A DNA stretch of 63,061 bases, filler included, from Sphacelaria rigidula (taxonomy: Eukaryota), in NCBI GenBank assembly GCA_964200075.2. It is 10 parts of 10 records of this genome, joined end to end, with 100 filler letters (N's around TTAATTAATTAA, not from the genome) between each part and the next. Parts side by side here need not be neighbours in the genome. Positions count along the whole stretch, not along the records: positions 37,900 to 44,115 come from CAXNAA020021454.1; positions 44,216 to 50,431 come from CAXNAA020021455.1; positions 50,532 to 56,746 come from CAXNAA020021456.1; 7 more parts are not named here. One strand, written 5' to 3'. The notes below the pieces were generated by a model. That model was not told the origin of the DNA and searched no databases. It saw only the letters and a program-made list of their open reading frames with translations. This document shows positions 38,143 to 51,089 of the stretch, one piece after another (the first letter of the stretch is position 1; every line of letters begins with the position of its first letter). The position numbers and the translations under genes are program-made.

Positions 38143-38693
38143 CAGTAGTGGGCAGTCTACCTATTCATTTTGTGGCATTTTGTGATTTTTTCGCAATGGG
38201 CGATTTTCTCGGGGTTTTTTTCGCTAGCCACCGCTGATCACATCGGAGATCTGAAGATATTTGTATCCGCTCCACATCCCAACAAAAAAAATCATCTGTA
38301 CCCAATATTGAGTGACTTACGGGCTGACCGGTCATCGGGGGTCCTGCCACGTTTCAGCCCAGATTCTTTCTCTCCTGTATTTTCGGTCGATCGAGCCTGT
38401 CCCAATCATACTTGTGAAGAAATGTACAGTTTCATTTTTTAGAAATTCTGCTTATCCATTGCACTAGGGCCGAATTTTTTTCTTTTCACGGTCAATAGCA
38501 CCCTCCTGATAAACGGGGTATGTACTCGTTTTGCCCGATAACGCCAACTGACACTGACTTGGGCACTGTGTTTCGAGGGTGATATATTTATTGTACCACA
38601 ATCTACCGACGCTAGCAATTTCGAGTTCTATCGAAGAGCAGTACGCGAGGAAATGCCCAAAACAACCCTAGATGATTAGACCGCCCATTACCG
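38143..38693. mobile_element. Tc1/mariner-type MITE, copy 3
   Basis: TA|CAGTAGTGGGCAGTCTACCTAT ... TTAGACCGCCCATTACCG|TA, with TA on both sides. Confidence 0.9.
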
Positions 38694-38840
38694 TAATTCA
38701 TTCTGACCACCGGAACCCGGCGGGCAGCAAGTCTCCGTACTTGACTCTACAGTCGATACCCGCACCCGGAAGGATACAACCTGGTCTGACCCTGCCCATG
38801 ACCCACTGTCATTCCCCTTCTTCGTTCAATTCAACATCAG

Positions 38841-40380
38841 GTGCGCGTACCAGAACTGCGCAGCGTTTCCCACGATGCGCGCACCCAACAGCACAGACCC
38901 GACCCCCATCTTTTGCGCCACGCACGGGAGAGTCCCAGAGGATGTGGTGTATCCCGCAACGTCTAGAATAGCTGTCACGCTGGAGCAGTCCGCAGCCCCT
39001 GCACAAGTTACAGCGACACCACTGACGATGTCCGCCGTTACTAGAGCTCCGATCGCTGGCGCTGCTGAAGGAGCAGGAGTAGTAGCGACGACAACCTTCG
39101 CTCCCGCGCCGACGGCGCCACCCGTGTCTCTCGCGTTCGGTGGCGTGTCCATGCCTTTGCCCGCGGCCCCCACCCCGACCGAGGCCGTGGGCGTGTCTGT
39201 TCTTGCGGCCGCCGGCGCTGTGCTGACCGGTGCGATCCATCCGTCTGCTGCTCCTGCCGTCGCTGCTACTACAGATGTCGCCCCGAACCCGACAGCTACA
39301 ATCGTGGCGGCGCCAGCTCCTCTCGTTGCGATGGAGGTCTCATCGCCGCCGCCGCTGCCGCCGCCTGTCCCAGCGGGGACTTTGGGTATGTCCCTTGCTC
39401 CACTAGCTACCGTCGAGGTGCTGGCAACGTCGGCTCCGATGACCGTAGATGTAGTTTCTTTGGGTCCTGAGATGTCGCCGGCGCCGTCAATCGCAATCGT
39501 CCAGCAGCAACAACCACAACAGCCGCAACAGCCATTGACAGCCGCAACTGTTCAGCCGCTGCCGCCGCCGCTGCCGCCGCAACAGCCACAACAACCGCCA
39601 GAGCCGCCGATAATCGTGACTGTTCAGCCGCAGCAGCAACAAGAACAGCAGCAGCAGCAACAGCAACAGCAGCAGCAGTCGCCGCCGCCGCCGCCGCCGC
39701 AGCAGCAGCAGCAGCAGCAGCACGAGCAGCAGCCTGCTGCCGGAGTGGCAGCCGTGCTCGCCGCCGCCGCGGGGACATCGTTGACGGCGGCGGTTGAACC
39801 GGCACCGACGCACACTGCCGTATTACCGGCGTCTGCGGCGACGCCCCCGGTTACTACGATCTTCCCGGCTTCGATTTCTGGCGTTGGGGTGTCGGATGTG
39901 CCCTCCACTACTCCCGTCGGTGTCGTCGACATGTCTGTGCTAGCGCCTCCTGTTGTTACCCCGGAAACGCCGTCACCCATGCTATCCTTAGCCCCGACAG
40001 CATCGCCGGTGGACACGATGCCAATTGTGACTCATGCGCCGCAGCCGCCAGTGAATGCAGAGGGGGTGTCGGTGTCAGTGCCGGCGCCCCAACCGGCGCC
40101 AGCGGCGCCCCAGCCGGACGCCGCCGCTGCTACGGCTGCTGTTTTGGCGGCCGCGGCCGCCGCGGCAGCCGCAGCCGCTGAGGCCGCGGATATGGACTCA
40201 TCTCCTCCGATCGACGTCGTTGGCACGTCTGTGCCCATCTCTGCGGGAGTGAATGCGGGTACTGATGATGTTGATGGTGTCGGGGGCGATACTTCTCCGC
40301 CTGACACAACAACCGTGGTGACTCCTGCGGTCGGCTCACCTGTTACTCTTCCTGGGTTTACAGGAAACACCAACATTTAG
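38841..40380 (+). CDS. Terminal exon of an EsV-1-7-type cysteine-repeat protein with a ~470-aa Pro/Ala/Thr/Val/poly-Gln tail
   Basis: Acceptor CCCCTTCTTCGTTCAATTCAACATCAG|G; the in-frame extension upstream of the listed ORF gives CAYQNCAAFPTMRAPNSTDPTPIFCATHGRVPEDVV (C-x4-C-x3-P..FC-x2-H); 1.5-kb open frame ending TAG. Confidence 0.8.
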
Positions 40381-41374
40381 GACGTGCATGGCTTTTCGGT
40401 GATCCAAACCGTTTTTCCCGGGATGGGGGACTATTTATCGTGTGTGATTGTACGTGCCCCCTATATTTCTGTCAATCGCGGGAGCGTTTCAAAGTATATG
40501 GCACTGACGTTTCGGCCTGATCATGCGTGTTTTTGTGGTAGCGGTCGAAGGATGTTTTTATGACCTGTCCTGGCAAGCTCTGTAGCTAAGATTTCAGTTT
40601 TTCCAGTTTTTTCCGAGGGGTGCTCCTTCCCGACCGGTGTGGAAACCATGGGGCTGCTGTGGGCTTGAAAGAGGCGGGGTAACAGAGAGGGAGGGATATG
40701 GATGTGAAGGTACGGTCGTGACTCGTGCTGTCGAAACAGCCGTGAATTGCTGCGGTATCTCACAGAGAGTAAAGGCATCCTTTCGTGGGCTCCCCAGTTG
40801 GAGATGCGCCGTCTCTAGTCCGGAGCGGCAATGTACTTGGAGATTGCACCCGCATTCAGGCTTCCATTTCCGTTGTGATCCGTACTTTTCCTACGGTTGG
40901 TTCGGGCATAGGGCACCAACATCGTTCATGTAATATGAGAGACTGTTGCCCGACCTGATTATCAATGTTCGGATTTGGGGGTAAGCCCGAACGGTTGGTA
41001 CCGAAAAACGGAGATAAGTGAAATTATGAATGCTTGCGGATTCTCCGCTTGGCAGCTCTGTTTCTGTGGTCTCCGACGGCAGCAGACCGCTGCTTCGATT
41101 TTTTTCTTCTCTTCCAGAAGTGAGCGATTGATGAAATGGGGGATTGGATATAATTAGCATTCAGGCTTTGGTTGGCTCGGGCGGGAGAAGGAGTATCGGA
41201 CCGCATGTGTCGGATGTCACCGCGCCGAGGTGATGTATCTGGTACACCGACAGCCAGTTGAAGAGGAAAGTCGCGGGTTTGTATCCTGACGGATGAGCGA
41301 TGCCTCAACCCCCTCCCTCCTAGAAACATGGGTAGTTAGAGGAGATAAAATCTACAAGTAAATCAAAATGATGA

Positions 41375-41550
41375 CAGCAGAGCACATCGAGAAGCCGGGA
41401 ACTCCATTTCTTAGGATCTTTCTCGCCAATGTCGCCCGTATGAGTGGCTTCATGAAGTCTGAAACTAGTTATCGTGCGCCGTATGGCCACTTTCGTCGTG
41501 GCAGTCTGGCGGCTAGTAGGGGTGTACTCATGATCATGCATGCCATAGTC
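41375..41550 (-). mobile_element. Core of the GACAC-MITE in inverted orientation but with different termini
   Basis: GAGCAC..CGAG..GCCGGGAA..TTCTCGCCAATGTCGCCCGTATGAG..CTTCATG matches the MITE core; it is followed by GGGGTGTACTCATGATCATGCATGCCATAGTC, also seen at about 18742-18775 and inverted at 44216-44245. Confidence 0.7.
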
Positions 41551-41562
41551 AAGGCTAGTAGT

Positions 41563-41600
<38 letters not shown>

Positions 41601-42136
41601 CGGTGAGAGAAGTGTGTGGGGGGGGATTCGGGTTGTTGGTGGGGGAAAGAGAAGAAGGGGGGGGNNNNNNNNNNGGGGGGGGGGGGGGGGGTGGGGGGGG
41701 GGGGTGCTGTCGCGGCATCGCTCAGATATGATGTCTTGGAGCAGAATCTGGTTTTGTTGTGGGGAAAGGTGAGAACTCGAGTGGCGACGACACTTTGTTT
41801 GGCGAGGATTGGAGGTGGGGCGGGAGTGCTGGTCCAATCCGCGACGCCGAAGTGTCGGACATATGCGGAATCGAGCGAGCGATGGGTTAATCCCTTGAGG
41901 CGGTGGGCTCATCGTGATGAAGGGGGAGGGGGGAGGGGCAGGCTCACTTGTTGCTAGCCTTATTAATAGCCGTTTGATCATCTACCATGCACTTCTTTCG
42001 AGACGGAGCACCGTTCCTACTCCTGTTAGATACACCTCAAGCAGGGGGGGGGGGGGGGGGGGGTGAAAGAATGGACGAGAAAAAATGGGGCGGGGCGGGG
42101 GAGAAAACCCTGNNNNNNNTAAGGGGGGGGGGGGGT

Positions 42137-42199
<63 letters not shown>

Positions 42200-42202
<3 letters not shown>

Positions 42203-42700
42203 TGAAAGTATGGCAGAGAAAAGATGTGGCCTGGCCGTGGATCAAACTCTGCATCAGCGCTGCGCGGGGACACCTCCAGAAGTATCGTTCCCAACTCTTC
42301 GATCGACCCAACGCCCAACCATTCCTGAGAATCCAAGTGATTGAAGCAGAGTGGGAAGAAGCTATGCTGTACGGATGTGCTCCATGGATGTGTATACCCA
42401 GAGTGCGCGGGTGGAGAACACCATTCACGTGTTGGGGGTGGTGGGTAGTCTTCGTCCATCTTCGTGTCTCCAGTTGGTAGTCGTCGTGTCTGTTTTGTTC
42501 TGAATTTGCGCCAATACCCGAATAGTGCGTGCTTGTTGGGCGAATAGTGTAGTTGCAGTGTATCCTGAGTTTCGTCTCCCTTCCTGCGTTGCACAACTCC
42601 CCGGAGAACTCGTGTCCGTTGCACGGATTGTGTCGAGAAGAATACCCAGGTATATCGCCACAAAAAAGCTAGCAAGTGACTTGTGAGGTATTGATCGCAA
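42200..42700 (+). mobile_element. RTE-like LINE fragment
   Basis: KYRSQLFDRPNAQPFLRIQVIEAEWEEAMLYGCAPW is homologous to ELFDRPGAP*RLKVRLLKAEAMKALLYGCMT in the 2740-4076 relic. Confidence 0.75.
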
Positions 42701-45700
42701 CCTAGCTCCTGAGAAAAGCCTTTATCGCTTGGTCATGAGTATTTTAAGATTTTTGTTGGATTTTTTTTACTGTTTAGTGTTTTCCTACCCGCGACCTGTG
42801 GTGAAGAGGTTTTGTGTGAGTTGATAGGGTCGTTTGGAATATGACGTCGTGTACATCGTGTCGGCTATTGCAGTCGAGAAATGTAGCAGGTAGCTGCTTG
42901 GTGTGAGGCCATGCGTGTGCAAGTAGTCGTGTGGTTTCTGAATGTAATACACGTACGTCCATTAGTGATACGAAAATATGCCGCAAAAAAAAGGTCACGC
43001 CTGCGTCGTGCTGTATTGGTATTGCAGTAAGTTACTCCCGAGTATCATCGTCATCCTATCAACGGCCCGTTTACGTTGTGGATGTACATATATATATATA
43101 CATATATATATAGCTAGTAAAGGTTCAAGTTGCTGACCACGTGGGGTGTAGGATTTCGTGTACGTCATCTGTGTGATCCTGTGTGTGTTGGGCGTGGGTG
43201 CCAAGACGTCTACTGTGCTGCTTCGATTCCGTGGTCGTCCGAGGATGGGCGAGTGGTGTGGACGGGGGGTTTACGTACGTCCTTCAAGAGTCGTTTGTTC
43301 CAGGCTGATTCGCTTGCATTAAGCGTGCAACCTAGCCGTATAATCATGTGCAAAAATAAAGACTAAGGGTATGATCGTGGTGGTGTACAAGACGAGGCAG
43401 TACGGTGCATACCTCCTCCGTCCCATGAGCTTGCCTTTGTGTTTGTACGGGCCCTTGACGGTTTTCGATCAATTTTATCGTTTGGTGGTCTACGGCTTTC
43501 TCCGGCGTTTTTCGGATCAAAACCCGCGGTGTTTTCGATTGTAAGAAAAGCCCCAAAATAATCTATTTTCGCCCCAAAACGGGCAAAAATGATGACAATA
43601 TGTCGAGTATCTATATCGTGGAGGAAAAGATTGAAGATACGTACGCCGACTCCATACACTCCATTCACGACACACACACCTTATATATATATATATATAT
43701 ATGTACATGAATATTTCGTAGGGAGTTATTACCATGGTACGCACGTAATCATCGCCGTCCGCTGGCGAAAAAATTACGACAGTTGCGAAGATTTCCGATC
43801 CAGAGATATATGCACTTCCTCACGAGTTTTTAATTTATTTTTTCTTCTTATTATTTTTCATTCATGTATGATCACGATCATGATCATAATCATAATCATA
43901 ATTATAATTATAAGTATGGGATTAAGTCCCCCCCTCCCCGAAAAACCGGTGCTCCGTCTCGGAAGGGATGCGTAGTCAATGGTCAAACGACTAATAAGGC
44001 AAGCAACGAATAAGTACGCCCCCCCCCGAGAATTTGCGTGTGCCCCTGTGGCAAAGCAATAGAGAGCAAAAGTCATCTAGTGGCAGAATGTGAGCTATAC
44101 AGGGAGGAACGGGACNNNNNNNNNNNNNNNNNNNNNNNNNNNNNNNNNNNNNNNNNNNNTTAATTAATTAANNNNNNNNNNNNNNNNNNNNNNNNNNNNN
44201 NNNNNNNNNNNNNNNATGGCATGCATGATCATGAGTACACCCCCCCGCCTCTCCCCGGTTGATGAGGGTGCCCCGCCGTCGGGGACAAGAAAATATGCGG
44301 TGTTTTGCTCCTTTCACCGTCAAAAATACCCCCCCCCCGGGGTGTCTGTGGCCCTGTTTAGAATTCTTTGCATCATCACTTTGGTTAGGGTAGATTGTAT
44401 GTTTTCTATTGGTGCCGGTCACGAGTTCAGATGCGTTGTTGTCCTACCGCAAATGGCTCAAACGTCGGACAACACCCCTCCCTTTCCGCTGAAATCGTTC
44501 AGTGAGGGGATGCGTTTGTCTCATCTTCGGGAAAAGGGCGAAGGGGACAAGGCGGGTCATCAGGAAATATTATGTGGTGCATACGCTCTCACGATGCCTC
44601 CAACGTGTTCGTAGGCACCGGTCTTCGTCTGTGAATGCCCATGTAACTGGCAAGAATCGTAGATAGCACCCCTATCACGTCTGGAGAGAGGATAGAGCCA
44701 TTTCATCCCCGTGTGAGGAAACAAGGGGGAAGGAGATAGCTTTTTTCAATGTTTACACGGATGGTTACGACTTCCGGGATAGAACCACCCTGGGGTTTCG
44801 GCGCAAGAACGCATGCTGGATGGTCAATATCATCTTCCGTACCACACAACGGTGTTGTGCCTTCACCAAATTTCGTACGGGTGGACAGATTCACAACACG
44901 ACCGGCAGCGGGAGGCAGTGCGGTGGAACAGGGAGCAGAAACAGGTGATTTCGGCTCGCGACCAATGACCACCGCGTCGACTACATCCGATCTGGGATCG
45001 CGTAGGATAAATGGATCGGAATCACTATGACCTCTGGAACAGAGCCACCAAGAATTCTCAGCGCAAGAACTCATGCCGAGGGGTGGACATCATCTGCTAT
45101 CTCCTGGTATTACGCTTCCACGATACCTCTCGGGGGTGGACGGGTTTGCAGCACGATTCACGGCGGGGGAGAATGCGGCGGAGACGAGATAGCGAGCACC
45201 GGATATCGCCTCTCCACCAATGGCTGGTCCGCTGACGGCATCCGATCTGCGATCGTGGAGGAACAACGGGCGGGGGACGGGGGGGGGGCGTACTCATTTG
45301 GTGCTTACCTTAGTCGTGTAACCATTGACCACGCATCCCTTTCGAAACAACGGGCGGGGGGGGGACGTACGAATTGGCGACGAGGTAGTGTGGGGACGGC
45401 CGCGGACGACGACGGAGAGATAGTGACCTCCCACTGCTGTTGCCACAATCGTCGTACAATGCGACGATGCAGGGGTCACTCCCGTGTTCTATATCAGGTC
45501 TTTTGCATAGGCGAAGGAAATACGGGTGTCTGTAGTGGCTGTGCTCTTGTTGCATGAAGGTGTATTCGGAGGCCAACGAAGGTCTGCAGGCTTGGGCTTA
45601 CCACGCACACGAGGAGAAGGAAAGGACGCCGCCGTGCTCGAGCAATAAACGATGGGCTTCGTGATTGTTGAGCTCCAGAATCTCCACGACACTATGAAGC

Positions 45701-48700
45701 GTCCCACTTACCGAAAAATAGGCGATCATTGAAAAAAGAAAGAGAGCAAATAATACACACATAACACCGATCACAAACAACAAGTTATTGATTGATTCAT
45801 AATTTACAGTTGAGTTTGGTATTCATCTTATACGTTTTTTCCCCAAACTTTATGAAGGTTTGGGTTTGGGCAAGGCGCACCACCTTTCAATGAATAAATT
45901 ATTACATGCAAAAATCGAAGCAAAGCCCAACACATCAACCATCAACAGTACAATCAATTAACTGAATAGAGCTCTACGGTCAATCAATTACTAATGAGAT
46001 ACACGGATACAACTACCGCTGCTGCGACTGATACTCCTACAAGCGACTATAGAGAAATGAAAATTGATGAGAGCATGGATAATATGAATGGCAAAAGTAG
46101 TGTATGCAGGGCAGGTGCTCATATCCTCAAATGCACATGATCCAGAAGCTGCGGGACGGTATTTGGGGTTTGGTGATTCGGTCGCGAACTGTTTACTAGC
46201 AGCCTGTCGCTCAACTCCCCCCCCACCTTCAGCCGGGTCCGACGAAAGTCCGGCGTGCTCCGTTCCGATTTTGTAGGGGCGGACCCCCCTATTGGGTTGG
46301 CGCGGGTTGGCGATGACGCTATAAAACACGCCACTCAATGCGTACGCTAGTCAACAGGGTTACCGATTTGTTTTGCGCGCTTGTGTGTGTGTTTGTTTTG
46401 CGGTAACGATGATGGTGGTCGAGCTGGATCATATTGTGCAGGGTGGGAGAAACCTGATTCCGCGCAAAGGAGATGATCGTACGATGTAGTGTTCAAATGG
46501 TGAGACATCCATAAGGGCAGTGTAGAAGCCGTGGATGTCTCGGAAGTGGCGATACCAGAAAATGAAGCAACTCATGGGAGGCTGTCATCCAAGTGCGAGA
46601 TACTCAGTACGCTTCGGACCGAATAATTTTAGCAGGACGCAGCTCACACTTCATGCGACTCGCCGAGCACACAACGGCGCTTTGCGCTCGGCGATTGATT
46701 GCGAGCCTGGTCCAGCGGAAACCTGGCGTGCTCCGTCCCGGCTTTTGTTGGGATGCGAGGTCAAAGGTCATATATATGACTATAGTAGGCAAGATCATGA
46801 TTACTTCCTTCCCCCCCCCCCCTCCTTCCTATCCGTGGAAACTGCATTTGTGTGTATCGAAATACATTCACGAAAATGGTATGAGTCGGAAGAAAAGCTC
46901 AGCTTGTGCTATGTAACTTTCTCGGATCGCCAAGAGGCGCAGGGCTCGGCAGAAAGTGTTCTTGTTTTCAACGGGGCGCAACGGAGGCATAACATACCCC
47001 ATGTCGGTATCGACAAACGCGATGCGCGCCGCTGTGGTCGATAACGGTGCCGGCATAGTATGCTCTCGGACCGTCAGGTGGGCAGTAAAGGCCTCGAACC
47101 GACTGGTCCTTATAGGAATGTGCGGCTCGTGTACCCTGTATCGTGAATGCGTGAGATGTCGTGCGTAGGTGTCAACCGGACCTCGTCCATAGCACCAGAG
47201 TTGCAGCAGTAATCGTGATTTTTTCTCCCCCATTCATGACATGCTACAGAGTAGGGCACACCGTGCACACGGCTTGGGAGGACACCAAATGACAGCACCC
47301 TTGTGGACGTGTGCGGGCATGGAGAAGCAGTACAAGCAGCAAATAAGAGTCCCCGGATACCAACGGTGACGCCGGTGTTCGCCTGCAATGAGGACGCAAT
47401 GCATGCCATGGGAGCTGTTGGAAATAATGCGGGAGTGGCGAAAATTCATGTGCAGATGATGGAAAGATACGTGAAAGAGTCGGAATCAGCGTGCGTTTGG
47501 GTGTTGCTGCGCATTATACATACTAGCTGGTTTGCGGTGGAACAGTCGGCAGCCGGAAAGTGGATCCATGTATACTGCCCTCCCCTGGAGGGCATGGGTA
47601 CTATTTCAAGCGCTATTCCGAGACAATAATGGCAGCAGCCTTCGCGCGCTGGGAGAAGCCACGACAAAGTATCATGCGGTGAGTATTCTCAGGTGGTAGT
47701 GGTGGTGAAGTACGATCGCAATGACTTGCCCAAAAAATGAGTATTGAGGGTATAGGGTATACGGTACCGGGCCGAGTCTGGAAACATCTACTCTTCCGAT
47801 GAAAAGCTGGTACGTTTCACGTACTTTCTATCATTTTTCGGCATGTGTTGTCGCACTATTTGAAGAATCTAAGTTGGTGATTGAAAGGTGTTTAATGCTA
47901 TGCTATCTCTAGGCACTATTCGGTTTATCGTTTATGCTCGCCATACATTTACGTACGTTTCGATAGTGATTGTGTTATGTCGTGTTGGAGTTGTATCAAC
48001 CGGTACTATGCTCTCTAATTTGGCTATCCTTTTTACGCTGGAGGGTTGGCTAGAGTCTCTGTGTTATTGGTGCAAGCAGTTCGGGTTATGCAGATGATTT
48101 ATTGCCGATGGGGAATATTTTTGTTTGCCTACGCAGCTTCTTTCTGAAATTCTGAAGTTATTTACCCCCCGCCGTCCTCCCCCACCCCTCCCTCCTGCGC
48201 GATGTTCGAACTGAACTCGCCACTTGAAAGTTAAGTGTATCGTAGATAATCTTCAGGCTGAGGGTGGCCGGAATGACAAGCGTTATCGCTACTCATGTGG
48301 GACGACAACACATTTTATTCTACGGGGGTAGTACTTCTTTTACATGTATTCTATCGCTCAGTAACCAAGCACTTCGGCCCTACGCGGGCCCGGATATAAT
48401 TTTGACGCTTTCTGTACATCCTCTTTACACCTTGCTCCTCGCCCCTCTCACTTTTCAAGATTATTCTTTTTTGCGATGTTCTTTCCGCGCTTTACGTTTC
48501 CGCAAATATATTGCTGTTGATCGCCGTAATCGGAGCAGGATCGGACTCCGGGGTATGTTGCGTTTGATCAGCAATACCATTACGTGTGATACTGCTGCGT
48601 TCGCTGGTTGCTACTCCCGTTTTGGTCGTGCGTTTGGTCATCGCAGAGCGCTTCGTCCGAGCGGGAGTAGGGCGTGGGATGGCCGAACATTCTGCTGAGG

Positions 48701-48719
48701 CCCTGCAAATCTCTTTGTC

Positions 48720-49240
48720 CGCGGATTCAGGGGCAGGTGGGACGAATGATGACGGCGTGATGCTCGGCTATAGCTCATTCAACTTCTGGCGAGAGTCGGG
48801 CGTTGGAGGACCCCGCCCATACTCCTGTTGGAATAGCGGGGTGTTCCTCGGACCCGATGGACCTCGCGAGGGAAATTCACAACGATGAGTGCCGCCAGAA
48901 GTACGCCGAGCTCAGAAGTTGTCGGCAATTGCCCGGGGTGAACCTGAACGTGCACGAGAAGCACTGCCCCAAGCTTCCAAAGAATTTTGCTAGCCTCACC
49001 GGTATGACTTTCGACGCGTTCACGTTCGCCACGATCTTGCTGAACGAGTTGGAGAACGCCTCCATCAACCGGCGTTAATCAGACTTTATGCTTGGACGCA
49101 CCAAGGATCACGCCACCTATCGTCAGACAGCTTGCTGCAATGAACTGTGGGCATATGAGAGATGCTTTGTAGTTCGCCCGTGAGGAGATCTTTTTGACGC
49201 ATATGGCAAAATGCGCATTGCACACCTCAACACGCCCTAG
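48720..49240 (+). pseudogene. Possible decayed KDZ/CxC-associated transposase C-terminal fragment
   Basis: MDLAREIHNDECRQKY..LPGVNLNVHEKHCPKLPKNFASLTGMTFDAFTFATILLNELEN resembles the D-x-x-H-x3-H-x3-C...N-x-x-x-x-E(Q)..M..F-x-F..N ending of such transposases. High-GC3 island, with frameshift and stops. Confidence 0.4.
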
Positions 49241-49968
49241 GATAGCCTCGCGCGGGGGGGCGGGGGAGGGGCGGGGGAGGGGGGCGACATGACGACGCAC
49301 ATCTTGGGATAATGTTTTATGTATTGCTCTATCGACCTCACTTCCTGTATGGCCTCATCCTACATGGCTTGGGTATTTAGTCGAGTATTCTTTGTGGTGT
49401 CTCCGTCGCCATCTAGGCGAGTGTTTTTTTTTGTGTCTCCGTTGCCCTTCCGTTTTTTCTTCAATTTCCCCCTGGTTTTGAATTTGACTTTCATCTGCCT
49501 TTTGTTTCTTCCTGCTTCTTTTCTGTATTCGATGGTTTAAACTTTCTTTCCTCTGGGTCGTGTTTTCTATCCGGGTCATTGCGGTCGTCTTGTGACCATA
49601 GCTGGGTTCGTAGCGAATGGATTATTGTGTGATAAATGTATCAGATCAATACATTCAAGGAAGGGGCTTCATCAACTTCAGGGCGTTACCCAGCCCACCC
49701 CCGCCTCTCGATAAATGGGGAAGTACCTTGAGTAAATCTTATTTTCCCTGTTTCTTGAACGGTATGCACAATAGAGCAATGCCTTCCCCGCCCACGGCCC
49801 ACCTGCAGGTGAGCAGCTCAAAATGACGAGTTTTCGCTGTCTTTGAAGCCTAAAACAAACGACGTTTCGCTGCCTTCGGATGAACCGATCGGCCGCGGGT
49901 CTGAACAATACGGCTGATATGAAGAAAACAAATGCTCGTGTATACTCGCGACTGACTGTCTGCAGCGG

Positions 49969-50004
49969 TCCTGTCCTGTCCTGTCCTGTCCTGTCCTGTC
50001 CTGT
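49969..50004. repeat. (TCCTG)n microsatellite
   Basis: Direct reading. Confidence 0.9.
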
Positions 50005-51089
50005 ACCGTATCGTACTAACCGGCCATAAGTTTGATCATGCAGGTAAGTGCCTCCAGGTTTTGCAACCGTTAAATTCAAAGAAAACAATCCTGCTGAGTG
50101 CGCGGTATACTGTTTTGTATGCCAGGGTACTGAATTATACCGGGATCTTCCTGTGTGTCGGTAGTGATGAAAATGCGTTGAGGAAGCCCTTTTCTTCGCG
50201 TTTCTTTGCCAGTACGCGCAATGCGCCAATGAATTCGCCATCCACAGCCCGCCTGTGCGTCAGCACCACAAAACTGAGGCGATTTCGCTGCCCGCGATTT
50301 GGCGTTCGGCCACGGGTCTGAACAAAAGGGCTGATGAGAAGGTGATAGGTGCTTGTTGTTGTTGTTGTTGTTGTTGTTGTCTTCACATGAAAAACCGTTC
50401 CGATACCTGCGCGGTACATTCGTACTGGGCANNNNNNNNNNNNNNNNNNNNNNNNNNNNNNNNNNNNNNNNNNNNTTAATTAATTAANNNNNNNNNNNNN
50501 NNNNNNNNNNNNNNNNNNNNNNNNNNNNNNNTATTGCTATCGCAATAGATGCCGTCTATTGTCCAGGTTGTGATAAAATGTACGGATAATAGCACCACCT
50601 GCGAACTCACACTGACTTCGGACGTGGAGAAATTCAGGTTACGAAAGAGAAATGCTGATTGTACAATTATATACGGTGTACTCTCTGTCTTGATGCCGGC
50701 AGTAGAATAGCTTGTTTTGCATCGTCACATCGAGGTACACTTGAGCACAAAAGAACTCCCATTCCGTACAGGTTGGGCCGCCCAAGACGCGACCAGGAAT
50801 ATTGACACGGTTATACTGCTAGTTTGGGTCGTTTTCAATAACATTTTGACACGATGTACAGGACGTATGTGCAGAGACCCCATTTTCCCTCCCCTACATA
50901 TTTTGTTTTGTTTTCATACGTTATATGCGATCTAGTTCCGAAAAATTTTCCAAAATGTCCCGTTGCAAATAATTCACGGGCAAGGAAAAATGCGTGGTAG
51001 GGCCGCCCCTTATATCCGACAAGAACATAAATTTGGAAACTGCCTTTTTAGTGTTTTTACGTCGATTTTTTACGCCCTAAATTAGAGCC

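Noticed and set aside
27514..40380. Endogenous phaeovirus region, suggested by two virus-related genes
   Set aside because: The genes are on different unlinked contigs, have spliceosomal introns and sit among host TEs. No viral core genes or gene-dense tract are present.
42043..42201. Very long poly-G tracts and the poly-Gly/Pro ORFs they create (also 41563-41704)
   Set aside because: Adjacent to N gaps and of unreliable length. Likely sequencing or assembly artefact around shorter real G-runs.
46900..47700. RNase H-like or LINE relic on the minus strand (THADSDSF)
   Set aside because: Coding-like texture, but I could not place the other catalytic motifs, so it cannot be supported without a profile search.
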